From Gordius albopunctatus (taxonomy: Eukaryota): 64,000 nt of DNA. The translations under genes and the position numbers were made by a program. Shown piece after piece: positions 24,301-37,700 of the stretch. Location of the stretch: positions 496,001-560,000 of the forward strand of contig OZ193910.1 in the NCBI GenBank assembly GCA_964276515.1, written 5' to 3'. The stretch's first letter is position 1. Each line of letters begins with the position of its first letter. The notes below the pieces were generated by a model. It saw nothing but the letters and a program-made list of their open reading frames with translations, had not been told where the DNA came from and ran no database searches.

Positions 24301-27300
24301 GCGTCTTCCTCCTCCCTTGTCATTTTTGTCTTGTATCTAGGTGACATTCTTCCTATTAACACACTTTTATTTCAATTATATATAGCGTAATCATACGATT
24401 GGGGCGTCCTCCTCCTCCTTGCCATTTTCGCAAGTTGTGTGGCGTCTTCCTCCTCTCTTGTCATTTTTGTCTTCTATCTAGGTGCCATATTTCCTATTAA
24501 CACACTTTTATTTCAATTATATATAGCGCAATCATACGATTGGGGCGTCCTCCTCCTCCTTGTCATTTTCGCAAGTTGTGCGGCGTCTTCCTCCTCCCTT
24601 GTCATTTTTGTCTTTTATCTATGTGCCATCCTTCCTATTAACACACTTTTATTTCAATTATATATAGCGTAATCATACGATTGGGGCGCCTTTCTCCTCC
24701 TTGTCATTTTCGCAAGTTGTGTGGCGTCTTCCTCCTCCCTTGTCATTTTTGTCTTTTATCTAGGTGCCATCTTTCCTATTAACACACTTTTATTTCAATT
24801 ATATATAGCGTAATCATACGATTGGGGCGTCCTCCTCCTCCTTGTCATTTTTGCAAGTTGTGTGGCGTCTTCCTCCTCCCTTGTCATTTTTGTATTTTAT
24901 CTAGGTGCCATCTTTCCTATTAACACACTTTTATTTCAATTATATATAGCGTAATCATACGATTGGGGCGTCCTCCTCCTCCTTGTCATTTTCGCAAGTT
25001 GTGTGGCGTCTTCCTCCTCCCTTGTCATTTTTGTCTTTTATCTAGGTGCCATCCTTCCTATTAACACACTTTTATTTCAATTATATATAGCGTAATCATA
25101 CGATTGGGGCGTCCTCCTCCTCCTTGTCATTTTCGCAAGTTGTGCGGCGTCCTCCCCTCCCTTGTCATTTTTGTCTTGTATCTAGGTGCCATCTTTCCTA
25201 TTAACACACTTTTATTTCAATTATATATAGCGTAATCATATGATTGGGGCGTCCTCCTCCTCCTTGTCATTTTCGCAAGTTGTAGGGCGTCTTCCTCCTC
25301 CCTTGTCATTTTTGTCTTGTATCTAGGTGCCATCCTTCCTATTAACACACTTTTATTTCAATTATATATAGCGTAATCATACGATTGGGGCGCCTTCCTC
25401 CTCCTTGTCATTTTCGCAAGTTGTGTGGCGTCTTCCTCCTCCCTTGTCATTTTTGTCTTTTATCTAGGTGCCATCTTTCCTATTAACACACTTTTATTTC
25501 AATTATATATAGCGTAATCATACGATTGGGGCGTCCTCCTCCTCCTTGTCATTTTTGCAAGTTGTGTGGCGTCTTCCTCCTCCCTTGTCATTTTTGTCTT
25601 TTATCTAGGTGCCATCTTTCCTATTAACACACTTTTATTTCAATTATATATAGCGTAATCATACGATTGGGGCGTCCTCCTCCTCCTTGTCATTTTCGCA
25701 AGTTGTGTGGCGTCTTCCTCCTCCCTTGTCATTTTTGTCTTTTATCTAGGTGCCATCTTTCCTATTAACACACTTTTATTTCAATTATATATAGCGTAAT
25801 CATATGATTGGGGCGTCCTCCTCCTCCTTGTCATTTTCGCAAGTTGTGTGGCGTCTTCCTCCTCTCTTGTCATTTTTGTCTTCTATCTAGGTGCCATATT
25901 TCCTATTAACACACTTTTTTTTCAATTATATATAGCGTAATCATACGATTGGGGCGTCCTCCTCCTCCTTGTCATTTTCGCAAGTTGTGTGGCGTCTTCC
26001 TCCTCCCTTGTCATTTTTGTCTTTTATCTAGATGCCATCCTTCCTATTAACACACTTTTATTTCAATTATATATAGCGTAATCATAAGATTGGGGCGTCC
26101 TCCTCCTCCTTGTCATTTTTGCAAGTTGTGTGGCGTCTTCCTCCTCCCTTGTCATTTTTGTCTTTTATCTAGGTGCCATCTTTCCTATTAACACACTTTT
26201 ATTTCAATTATATATAGCGTAATCATATGATTGGGGCGTCCTCCTCCTCCTTGTCATTTTCGCAAGTTGTAGGGCGTCTTCCTCCTCCCTTGTCATTTTT
26301 GTTATGTATCTAGGTGCCATCCTTCCTATTAACACACTTTTATTTCAATTATATATAGCGTAATCATACGATTGGGGCGCCTTCCTCCTCCTTGTCATTT
26401 TCGCAAGTTGTGTGGCGTCTTCCTCCTCCCTTGTCATTTTTGTCTTTTATCTAGGTGCCATCTTTCCTATTAACACACTTTTATTTCAATTATATATAGC
26501 GTAATCATACGATTGGGGCGTCCTCCTCCTCCTTGTCATTTTTGCAAGTTGTGTGGCGTCTTCCTCCTCCCTTGTCATTTTTGTCTTTTATCTAGGTGCC
26601 ATCTTTCCTATTAACACACTTTTATTTCAATTATATATAGCGTAATCATACGATTGGGGCGTCCTCCTCCTCCTTGTCATTTTCGCAAGTTGTGTGGCGT
26701 CTTCCTCCTCCCTTGTCATTTTTGTCTTTTATCTAGGTGCCATCTTTCCTATTAACACACTTTTATTTCAATTATATATAGCGTAATCATATGATTGGGG
26801 CGCCTTCCTCCTCCTTGTCATTTTCGCAAGTTGTGTGGCGTCTTCCTCCTCCCTTGTCATTTTTGTCTTTTATCTAGGTGCCATCTTTCCTATTAACACA
26901 CTTTTATTTCAATTATATATAGCGTAATCATATGATTGGGGCGTCCTCCTCCTCCTTGTCATTTTCGCAAGTTGTGTGGCGTCTTCCTCCTCTCTTGTCA
27001 TTTTTGTCTTCTATCTAGGTGCCATATTTCCTATTAACACACTTTTATTTCAATTATATATAGCGTAATCATACGATTGGGGCGTCCTCCTCCTCCTTGT
27101 CATTTTCGCAAGTTGTGCGGCGTCTTCCTCCTCCCTTGTCATTTTTGTCTTTTATCTATGTGCCATCCTTCCTATTAACACACTTTTTTTTCAATTATAT
27201 ATAGCGTAATCATACGATTGGGGCGTCCTCCTCCTCCTTGTCATTTTCGCAAGTTGTGTGGCGTCTTCCTCCTCCCTTGTCATTTTTGTCTTTTATCTAG

Positions 27301-28998
27301 ATGCCATCCTTCCTATTAACACACTTTTATTTCAATTATATATAGCGTAATCATAAGATTGGGGCGTCCTCCTCCTCCTTGTCATTTTCGCAAGTTGTGT
27401 TGCGTCTTCCTCCTCCATTGTCATTTTTGTCTTTTATCTAGGTGCCATCCTTCCTATTAACACACTTTTATTTCAATTATATATAGCGTAATCATACTAT
27501 TGGGGCGTCCTCCTCCTCCTTGTCATTTTTGCAAGTTGTGTGGCGTCTTCCTCCTCCCTTGTCATTTTTGTCTTGTATCTAGGTGCCATCCTTCCTATTA
27601 ACACACTTTTATTTCAATTATATATAGCGTAATCATACGATTGGGGCGTCCTCCTCCTCCTTGTCATTTTCGCAAGTTGTGCGGCGTCCTCCCCTCCCTT
27701 GTCATTTTTGTCTTGTATCTAGGTGCCATCCTTCCTATTAACACACTTTTATTTCAATTATATATAGCGTAATCATACGATTGGGGCGTCCTCCTCCTCC
27801 TTGTCATTTTCGCAAGTTGTGCGGCGTCCTCCCCTCCCTTGTCATTTTTGTCTTGTATCTAGGTGCCATCTTTCCTATTAACACACTTTTATTTCAATTA
27901 TATATAGCGTAATCATATGATTGGGGCGTCCTCCTCCTCCTTGTCATTTTCGCAAGTTGTAGGGCGTCTTCCTCCTCCCTTGTCATTTTTGTCTTGTATC
28001 TAGGTGCCATCCTTCCTATTAACACACTTTAATTCAATTATATATAGCGTAATCATACGATTGGGGCGCCTTCCTCCTCCTTGTCATTTTCGCAAGTTGT
28101 GTGGCGTCTTCCTCCTCCCTTGTCATTTTTGTCTTTTATCTAGGTGCCATCTTTCCTATTAACACACTTTTATTTCAATTATATATAGCGTAATCATACG
28201 ATTGGGGCGTCCTCCTCCTCCTTGTCATTTTTGCAAGTTGTGTGGCGTCTTCCTCCTCCCTTGTCATTTTTGTCTTTTATCTAGGTGCCATCTTTCCTAT
28301 TAACACACTTTTATTTCAATTATATATAGCGTAATCATATGATTGGGGCGTCCTCCTCCTCCTTGTCATTTTCGCAAGTTGTGTGGCGTCTTCCTCCTCC
28401 CTTGTCATTTTTGTCTTTTATCTAGGTGCCATCTTTCCTATTAACACACTTTTATTTCAATTATATATAGCGTAATCATATGATTGGGGCGTCCTCCTCC
28501 TCCTTGTCATTTTCGCAAGTTGTGTGGCGTCTTCCTCCTCTCTTGTCATTTTTGTCTTCTATCTAGGTGCCATATTTCCTATTAACACACTTTTATTTCA
28601 ATTATATATAGCGTAATCATATGATTGGGGCGTCCTCCTCCTCCTTGTCATTTTCGCAAGTTGTGTGGCGTCTTCCTCCTCTCTTGTCATTTTTGTCTTC
28701 TATCTAGGTGCCATATTTCCTATTAACACACTTTTATTTCAATTATATATAGCGTAATCATACGATTGGGGCGTCCTCCTCCTCCTTGTCATTTTCGCAA
28801 GTTGTGTGGCGTCTTCCTCCTCCCTTGTCATTTTTGTCTTTTATCTAGGTGCCATCCTTCCTATTAACACACTTTTATTTCAATTATATATAGCGTAATC
28901 ATACGATTGGTGCGTCCTCCTCCTTGTCATTTTCGCAAGTTGTGTGGCGTCTTCCTCCTCCCTTATCATTTTTGTCTTGTATCTAGGTGCCATTCTTA
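21301..28998. repeat. Satellite array, 141-bp monomer, about 54.6 highly similar copies
   Basis: Monomer starts at 21301, 21442, 21583 ... 28909. Each monomer has two internal copies of GGCGTC(T)CTCCTCC(C)TTGTCATTTT and an AT-rich half. Confidence 0.98.
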
Positions 28999-28999
28999 A

Positions 29000-29188
29000 C
29001 ACTACCAACGACGGTCTTAAGTCCACGTGAAAAAAGTGGAGGGTTGGCGTCAGGTCGGAAGCCGGCTGTAAAAAGCAACTCCAAACACCATGGCAGCTTC
29101 AAATATTAACTTATACCAGAATGCTAGGGCGTCCTCCCCAAACGAGGCGCATTGCATCATCCGCCCGTGCAATGTGAAAAGTATACAA
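29000..29188 (+). mobile_element. RTE 5' fragment (UTR and ORF start)
   Basis: Translates MAASNINLYQNARASSPNEAHCIIRPCNVKS, similar to SARASSVNDAHRRRPYHVKS of the RTE ORF at 15967-16206. Confidence 0.7.
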
Positions 29189-30128
29189 CCGCCCTTAGCA
29201 AAAATTTGAAACTTTTTCTTAAGATTTATATTTATAAGATGAATTAAAATTATTTATGGTTTCATATATCTCAATAAGACACTTATAGCCTTAAATAGTG
29301 ATGCGGAAAAAGCGTGAAAAATCTCGGTCTCGTCTCGATCATTATATTTTAGTAAATTATTGTGTATTTTAATTTGCATGATTTACATTTAAGGTATTAA
29401 TTTTAAATTAATACGTATGGAATATATTTGACATTAAAAAAATTCCTGTAAATATTATATTTTTTGGAGGATTTACCTTAGTATGGTTGACCCTTAGGGT
29501 AAGTGAATAATTTTATAATATATTTATTACATATCTAAATCCATAGCACTATTAAATATTAAAAAATTATAGGCTTGGAATGAGTTCTGATTGAATAGTA
29601 AATATAAACAAAGTATATTTATATTTTGCAGTTATTCATCCTGCATAATGCGGTAATTATAAATTGGTGATCAATCAGTTCGAATAATTAAACTAGTTAA
29701 GCTAAGGTGACTCAAGATTTTTCAGCACCCGCTTAACGATTTCAAAAGGAAAATAGATTATTTAATGACACCGCGATGGATTAAATCTAAAGCATAAGTC
29801 TATATAGTTGACAAACACGGTGATTTGATACAAACGTTATAATTTGCTAGAACAATAAAATTTAATTTTCTATACTTCAAATTTATTTATAGTTTTTTAG
29901 TCTGCACTTTCCATAGAAAATGTTATTTTTTTGAATGAATTCATATCTTTATATTGACAATGAAATGTCGTGTCCCGCTAAATCTTTAAAAAGTTTGTGT
30001 ATTAAAGTTTATCAAAAAATAAAAAAAATTTGCCATTCTAATTTTTTAAAACTTATTTAATATTTTTAATAAAACAGGAGAAATTTTTATTCCGTATATA
30101 TTTTTTTTAAAAAAGTCGAGACGAGACG
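29189..30128 (+). repeat. Left arm of a ~940-bp inverted duplication (hAT-like composite; TAGTGATG terminus at 29296, GTCTC subterminal repeats)
   Basis: Reverse complement of 47150-47743 plus about 45113-45440. Confidence 0.85.
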
Positions 30129-31752
30129 ATATATAAATTATTTAGATGCTTTATATAATTATATTTTATATTCATAGGAAAACAAACAAGGGATACAATG
30201 ACATACTGTACAGCTATAAACAAATATATGTTCAAGATGGCGGCCAAAATGGGCATCACTTTTTTAAGGGGAATGAGCAGCCTATTTAGTCTATGGGTGT
30301 AATATCCATTTCCACACGCTCAAAAAAATTGACATGCCAATCAAACGTCAATAAAAAAATTTTGCTTGAAATTCTTATTTTAATTCCTATACGCTGACAC
30401 AAATGTCAATCTCTTTTATATAATCTATTAGAAATCATAAATATCTTATCTTGTTTTTGATATAGCTGATTTTTATTTTATAAAATTTTTATTTTTATTT
30501 ATTTTTATTAAATATTTTTTTCTTTGAGATCCTCTTTTTTAAAATTTTTATTAGATATTTTTTGTAATATTTTAGTTCAATAATCTTTTATTTATTTATA
30601 TTAAATATTTTTTGTAATATTTTATGTTTATCTTTATTAAATAATTCTTTGTTTTTTTTTATTTTTTTAATAAATATTTTTTAAGTATATATTTTTTGTT
30701 ATAAATTATGATCTATATGCTTATTATATTAAAATTTTAATTCTGATTATTCAAATTGTTACAGAGTTTATTAAATAATAATAAAATAAATTTTCTACTA
30801 CATTTGTAATATATAAAAACTCTATTGTAGAAGGTACAACAACAATAATAAGACTAAAATATATTTGACATAAACGTGCACAATTGATAGGCAATACATA
30901 TGTTAATAAAATTTAATAATATACTCAAATTACGTTGATTGTGTTATGTATGACTAGAATCACAAGTTGTATATAAGTTCCTTAATCTAATTTAAATTAT
31001 AATAAGAGTTATTATGAAATACATATGTTAATAAAATTTGATAATATACTCAAATTACTTTAATTGTGTTGTGTCTAGCATATAGAAATATGACTCATTG
31101 CACATATTAAACAATCTTGTTTGACATATAATATATTTATCTATTATAGATTTGTAAAATTTCATTTAAATATCACCTATGATACTGTATAAAAACAAGT
31201 ATACTTTTTATTAACCTTATAGTATTCTTGTAGTAATATATTATAAATAACTTTTATTAAAGAATCTATCATTTTTATATAAACTTATTTTGTAGCATTT
31301 GTTTTTATTATATGTTATAATCCATTTAATGAAAATATAACACCATAAAACTACTTATTTTTAATAATATAGTATTACCTAATTGGAACATCGGTACCTT
31401 TATGATTTAGATCACTCTATTCACACCCCTCATTATAATTTGAATACACAACAGACATTAAAGTTTAATATTTGAATAACTTACGATATAATAATGTCAT
31501 TCATTTTAACCTTTTACAATTATATATAAACTAATTCTTAGCGATTAATAATCATTATATATTTTTGTTATACATTTAGTAATAAGGTAAAAACTTAACT
31601 TCTACAATAATAGAATCTTATTTAGATTTTTATTTCATATAAATTTAATTTAAACTCATATGATATTTCTACATATTCATTCGTTTTGATTCATACATAT
31701 CGGATTCATTATAGGGCAAATTATAAAGTTTTAATGATTTCAGGAATGTGAT

Positions 31753-34700
31753 ATGGAATTAATAACTTGTAATTTCAAGGAAAATATGAAAATTGAAACT
31801 GCGAACACTCACAAGGATGTAGATGTATTATTTGAGGTAGGTAAGTATTGGGTGTGAAAGCTTAAATTAATAAGTGTGAAATTCCTTACACCACAATAAT
31901 CGAAGGAAATAAGGACCTTTTGGCAAATGTAAGCCCTGTTTTTAAAGCAATGTTTTATGGACCATTATCAGATGCAACATCTAGTCCCACTATGATAAAA
32001 ATAATTGATCTTTCTTCATACACAATGAAATCTCTAATAAAGTAATTATACCAAGACTATTTAAATATTTAGCATAGCTTTATCAAAAACAAATTGATAC
32101 CATCATATAATGACCCTGAAAGTTGTTTTGAGAATAAACATCAATTTTTAATTGAATTGTTATATGCATCTAAAAAATATATGTTAAAAGAACTGGAGAT
32201 TAAAATATCAAATATGATTAATAATGATATAAACATAGAAAATGTGTGTTATTATATGCAATATAGCCACCTATTTGGAAATATTGACACCCATCTTTGT
32301 TGGAAAGTAAATAAATACTTCAAGGATTTAGCCTAATATAATAGATTTTATCCATTAATGTAGAATTTGCTATCGACTCCCCTACTTTCTTGGGTAAGTG
32401 CATTATATATTTTTTTTGATTGTTTTATCCTCAACCAATAATGAATTTTAGCTGATAAAGCAAATTATATTCTATAATATTACAAATATTATAATTTTTA
32501 TTATTTAATTATATCGGATTCTTATAGGTTGCTTCTAATATTTCAAATTTTAAGATGGATTTTTCTAAAATTAACATTTTTTGTTTAGTTTAATCAAAGC
32601 CAAACCTAACCTAAACTTCAGGTTAGATGAGTTTCAGATTTGTTTCAATTAAGTGTTAAATTGGTTAGCTTTTAAACATTTTTATTTAATTTATTGTTAT
32701 AGCCTTTGATATATAGAAATATCTATTGGATTCAGTTAACTAACATAAATAGTATTTTTGACACTTTTAATAAACAAAAATAAAATAGACTTATTCTATA
32801 AATCCAAACTCTCATTTAACACCATTTTTACTGAATTAATATATTAAATGCATAAAAGCATACCTAACTACATTATAATATTTATTGGATATTGTAACAC
32901 ATTAATAAGCTTATGTAATAATGTTTATAAATTGAATTGTTAAAATCTCTTACCAAAGGAATTAATTATGTTACAAATTACAATTATTTTTGTATAAAAA
33001 GAACAACAGTTTATTTTTTACAACTCATTCCAAGCTATTTTAAATTTCCTCGCATAAGATTTTTCTCAAATCTATAAAAATAAAAAACTTTGTAAGATTT
33101 AAATTTTATAATTTATTATATTATGAGTTAGGGTTAATATATATAAAGGTGCTACTAAACAATCCCTATTCTAAATAAGCGCTAGAGGCGATCTTTTAAA
33201 ATGAAAAATTTTATACAATTAGTCGTGTATGTAATTTATTTATTTTTTTCCCAGTAATATGACTGATTAAATATAATTCTTAGACTTTTATTCGTACACT
33301 AAAAAGACATTTTGTATTTTCTTTTGAGGGTAATTACACAATAAGTTTTACCACCTCCAATTTAACTAATGTTTAACGCGTGGATATGTTGTATCAGCGT
33401 TTATTAAGAACAGGTGAAGAGCAAGAAATAATATTTATTTCATTTTTAAAATGTGGGGATATTTTATAAAGTATTTAATATGGATAAGGCTCACAAATGC
33501 TTCCTATTCATCAAACGAACCTAAATGCAAAAAAATAACGAACTAGTATTTGAATAGCGATTTGGACTTGCTAAAATATCTCGAATAGGACTAAGAAAAC
33601 CCGAGCACCGAGTTAATTGTTTTGACCATATGGAAGACATGAGGTTGCGAATTCCTACTTAAAATAGCCGGGTGTTGAAGAGATAGTGAGACATAATAAT
33701 TTTAAGCCGAGGAACTGAGGCGATTAGCTACGGCCATGTATTATAGGTGGCAAGTTGTGACGGAAAAAACCAAAGAAAGACTGGACACTACGTTATGGAT
33801 TTGGTCAAATAAGCGACATATCAATACTTTTCGTATTATATATTGATCCAGAGCGACGTGGGTGGTGTGCTCCTCTCGCTCTAGTTGTCCCACCTTTTCT
33901 TTTGAGTTTTACTGGGGCCGTTTAGGTAACTATTAGAAGTGATGAAAACGCCACTAACATTTAAGAAAGAGCGAGGGTAAGCGAGCGGGAAGAGTTTTAG
34001 ACGCCAAGGATCAAAATGTCGAAAATGCCTCGAGGTATGGCTTCGAAAAACTCACCGGTCTTCATTAAAAATCACGAGCTGGAAGAGCTCCTAGCGATCC
34101 ACATTACCAACACCTGGACCCCTACCACTGAGAACTCAGCCGACTTACTCTCAAGGACTTGGATCACTTATTATATTTACTTAGGCCTTTATAAACGGTC
34201 TTAGTAGAACTTAACAGCAAAGCTGGGACAATCCGGAGCCGCGAACGTAAAAAGGGGCGTTTCAGGCCCTTGTAAGGGAGGCAGCTGCGGCCCTCGCTCT
34301 GGTGTGGATCAGCCGAACTTTAAAAAGCCATGCCGACAAACCTCATTTTACGAAGGTCTGCTTATCAAACTCTTCATTATTTCTCTTAATATCTTTATAT
34401 TCATCGTGAAATTTATCATATATCAATGGTATTTATTGATAAGATCGTAATTATTCTATAAACATATAAAATTATATAAAAAATACATAAATACCAAATT
34501 CAATTTTTTAGCCATCGCGCAAAAAGTACAAAATTATTTGTGTCTGCAGTTTCCCTATGAATGCCTCCTATTTACAATTGTTATTTTCTTGATATATGAT
34601 AAATTTCACGATGAATATAAAGATATTAAGAAAAAGAATGAAGAGTTTGATAAATTAGCACAAAAATTCATTTCGCCTCGCACGTCATCACGGACGCCCC

Positions 34701-37700
34701 TTCACATTAGGATTACGACGACTAGTACCCGAACTCTAGAATGCCCTAAAACATTCCCTTCTCTCGTCCAGAACCTTTTCGATAGCGATTATATGTTAAA
34801 TTTATTTAAGTCTGGTTCCTGTCATAAGCCATGTCCCACGAAGTTTACTTATAATATCCGCCCTTAAATAAACCCATAAAACCGGTGTGCTATAGTGTTG
34901 GCAACCACAAAATTTGCACCTTTTTTCTATATATTTGATATCCCCTTTCATCTTATTCGTGTCATCCTTCAATCCTCCCTACAGGTTTCTAATATTAAAT
35001 AAGAGGTGGTAGAACTTCTCGTAAAATCAACACCCCAGAAAACTTTTAGGATAGATTGTAATTATAAATGTCAAATTTAAATTTTTACTTTATAAAATGT
35101 TTCCTTATATTTTAATACTAGATTAAAACTAGCATTAAATAAATAAATTTAAATTCTATGTGAATCAAACATGCATCCCTTTTACATACCTATTGCAAAG
35201 TCCTAAATTTAGTCTCCCTTTCCCAGATAATTTGTGGTTTCACGCCTCGCCCCCTCGCGTGTACCCGATATTTTATATATTCAATTGGCGCCGGAAAGGT
35301 GGAATTGAATCATTTCGCCGTTGAGCGACTACAGGTTTGAAGCATGGATTGTCAAATTCGTAATAGAAGACGGATTCGACGTAGAATTATTTGCAAATTG
35401 TACCCATAGTAAAGTTCCAACGGAAAAATAATTTATTTATTCAAGCGTCGCGACAAAAATATACGCGCGATTATATCCGTGATTCGAATGTTACATTTTT
35501 CACGAATTTATTCACTATCAGTGAAAAGTGAAAGTAAAAATAAATATATCTGCGTGCAAGCGAGGTAAAAATAATAATCGTTAAATCAGGGTAATTAAAA
35601 ACGATAAAGATGGCTAATAACAATAAACGTATCTATTTTTATCATAGAGATGATACTAACAAATATGAATCATCATAAAGGGAACGCGTGTATGTGTGTG
35701 TGAGGGGGGGGGGCGACGAATATATAAAATATCGGGTACACACAAGGGGGTGAGGCCTGACACCACAAAATGATTTAAAAACTCTCCTAGTTAATTTTTT
35801 ATCAAGAAACTAAGTTTTTACATGAAGATAATAGATGCAAATGTTGATTATCATCCTATTATAAGTGTTAATTTGTAAAAAAAAATAATATCACTACTCA
35901 CTAAACGAATATATATATATCTAATATATAAAATTCTCGTGAAACTGTGTGGTGTATTCAACTCCTCTGAAATGGCTGGACCGATTTAGATCGAAATTTC
36001 TGCGAATATTTGGTAGGTCTGAGCATACGTTTTTAACTATATATGAAATCTCTAAGTCATAAGACGGTCAAGTTATTTAGTTTTATACGTTTTGTCACTT
36101 AACAAAATGTCAATCAAACGCAACCTCATGACGTACTGCGTATCTATCGTGTTCTTTGAAAATTTGAATATACATTGTATTTTTAAAAACGTCATGCGTT
36201 TAGGTAGCGTTAAATAAGGAGAAAAATTAAAATACTTTTAACAAAGTGCCAATAAATGTTGATATATCTCAGTTGTTCGGACTAGTGATGATCAAAACCT
36301 AGGTTTGTACAACCCAACCCTAAGGTTTGGGTTAAGGTTGGAAAAAGACATTTAAGGTCTTTCAGATTCCCTAACCCAAAACTGGGGTGGAACCCCAAAA
36401 AGACCTTAAAAACCTTAAGGTCTTTTATACACCCAAACCTTAACCCGGGGTTGGGGTTAGGTTGACCTGGGGCTAATGTTTTGAAGTATAGGCGTGAAAT
36501 AAGAGTATATTATTTTTTAGATATTAATATATTTATTTTTTAATGAAGAAATGAATTTTTTTTAAATATTTTAATTTATAATAAATAGAAAATGATTTTT
36601 TTATTATTATTCATTTAATTTCATAATATAATCTTGGGTTAAATTAATTAAAAAATAATATTGGGTTATTGTTTTAGCACCATCTAGCTTGTAATTAAAT
36701 ATGCAAAGGCTATTAGTATTACAGCTTATTAAATACTCAAGGATGCGAAGATAGATGATTATCATTGTTGGCCTATATTGGTCTTAAAGAGGCGAAAGGC
36801 AATATGACTTGATTCTCTGCTGTAACTAATCCCCAACCTTAAAGCTATGGTATATGATAGCTCAAAGTCTTCAAGCAGCATTCCCAAAAGTTTGCTGGGA
36901 TAGGCTTCAAGCCACTCGTGACCGGAACCGTCAAAAGCGAGGGACCTAAGGTTGTAATCCCTGTCTCGTTCTTCTCGTGGCGAATTTAATTACAAGCTAG
37001 ATGGTGCTAAAACAATAACCCAATATTATTTTTTAATTAATTTAACCCAAGATTATATTATGAAATTAAATGAATAATAATAAAAAAATCATTTTCTATT
37101 TATTATAAATTAAAATATTTAAAAAAAAATTCATTTCTTCATTAAAAAATAAATATATTAATATCTAAAAAATAATATACTCTTATTTCACGCCTATACT
37201 TCAAAACATTAGCCCCAGGTCAACCTAACCCCAACCCCGGGTTAAGGTTTGGGTGTATAAAAGACCTTAAGGTTTTTAAGGTCTTTTTGGGGTTCCACCC
37301 CAGTTTTGGGTTAGGGAATCTGAAAGACCTTAAATGTCTTTTTCCAACCTTAACCCAAAACCCACCTCGGGTTTGACCTCGGGAAAACCCAACCTAGGTT
37401 TTGATCACCACTAGTTCGGACCTCTAAGAAGGGCTCCGCCCCTAACTCCTAACAAGGTTATTGTCCTCGGTTTTTTGGTGTTGGGTCGCGCCCACGGGCC
37501 CCATGTTCTTTTTTGTTGAGCCTCTAACCTAAACTCTTCTACACTTCGTTGAAAAACATTTCATTTGCTGTGAAATTTAAGCAGGGGAGAAAAACGGACT
37601 TTAATGTTTGAAGGCTTGGCTACGTCCGTGCTTAGACCGGTTGCTTTAAGTTTTTATGAATTATCTGAGTACCTTGATAGCTTATTGACCAAAGTAATGT

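Noticed and set aside
24439..24672. Hydrophobic + strand ORF in the satellite (also 21206-21400)
   Set aside because: It arises from one TAA>CAA variant. Other monomers have a stop in this frame, and the hydrophobicity reflects T/C richness.
21301..28998. CRISPR array
   Set aside because: Whole monomers are repeated with no unique spacers, there are no cas genes, and the context is eukaryotic.
21301..28998. 38-aa minus-strand ORF MAPRYKTKM... in each monomer
   Set aside because: The commonest variants turn codon 5 into TAA or TAG.
30480..31080. AT-rich low-complexity tract and a two-copy ~55-bp direct repeat (about 30893 and 31018)
   Set aside because: No structure beyond local slippage or duplication.
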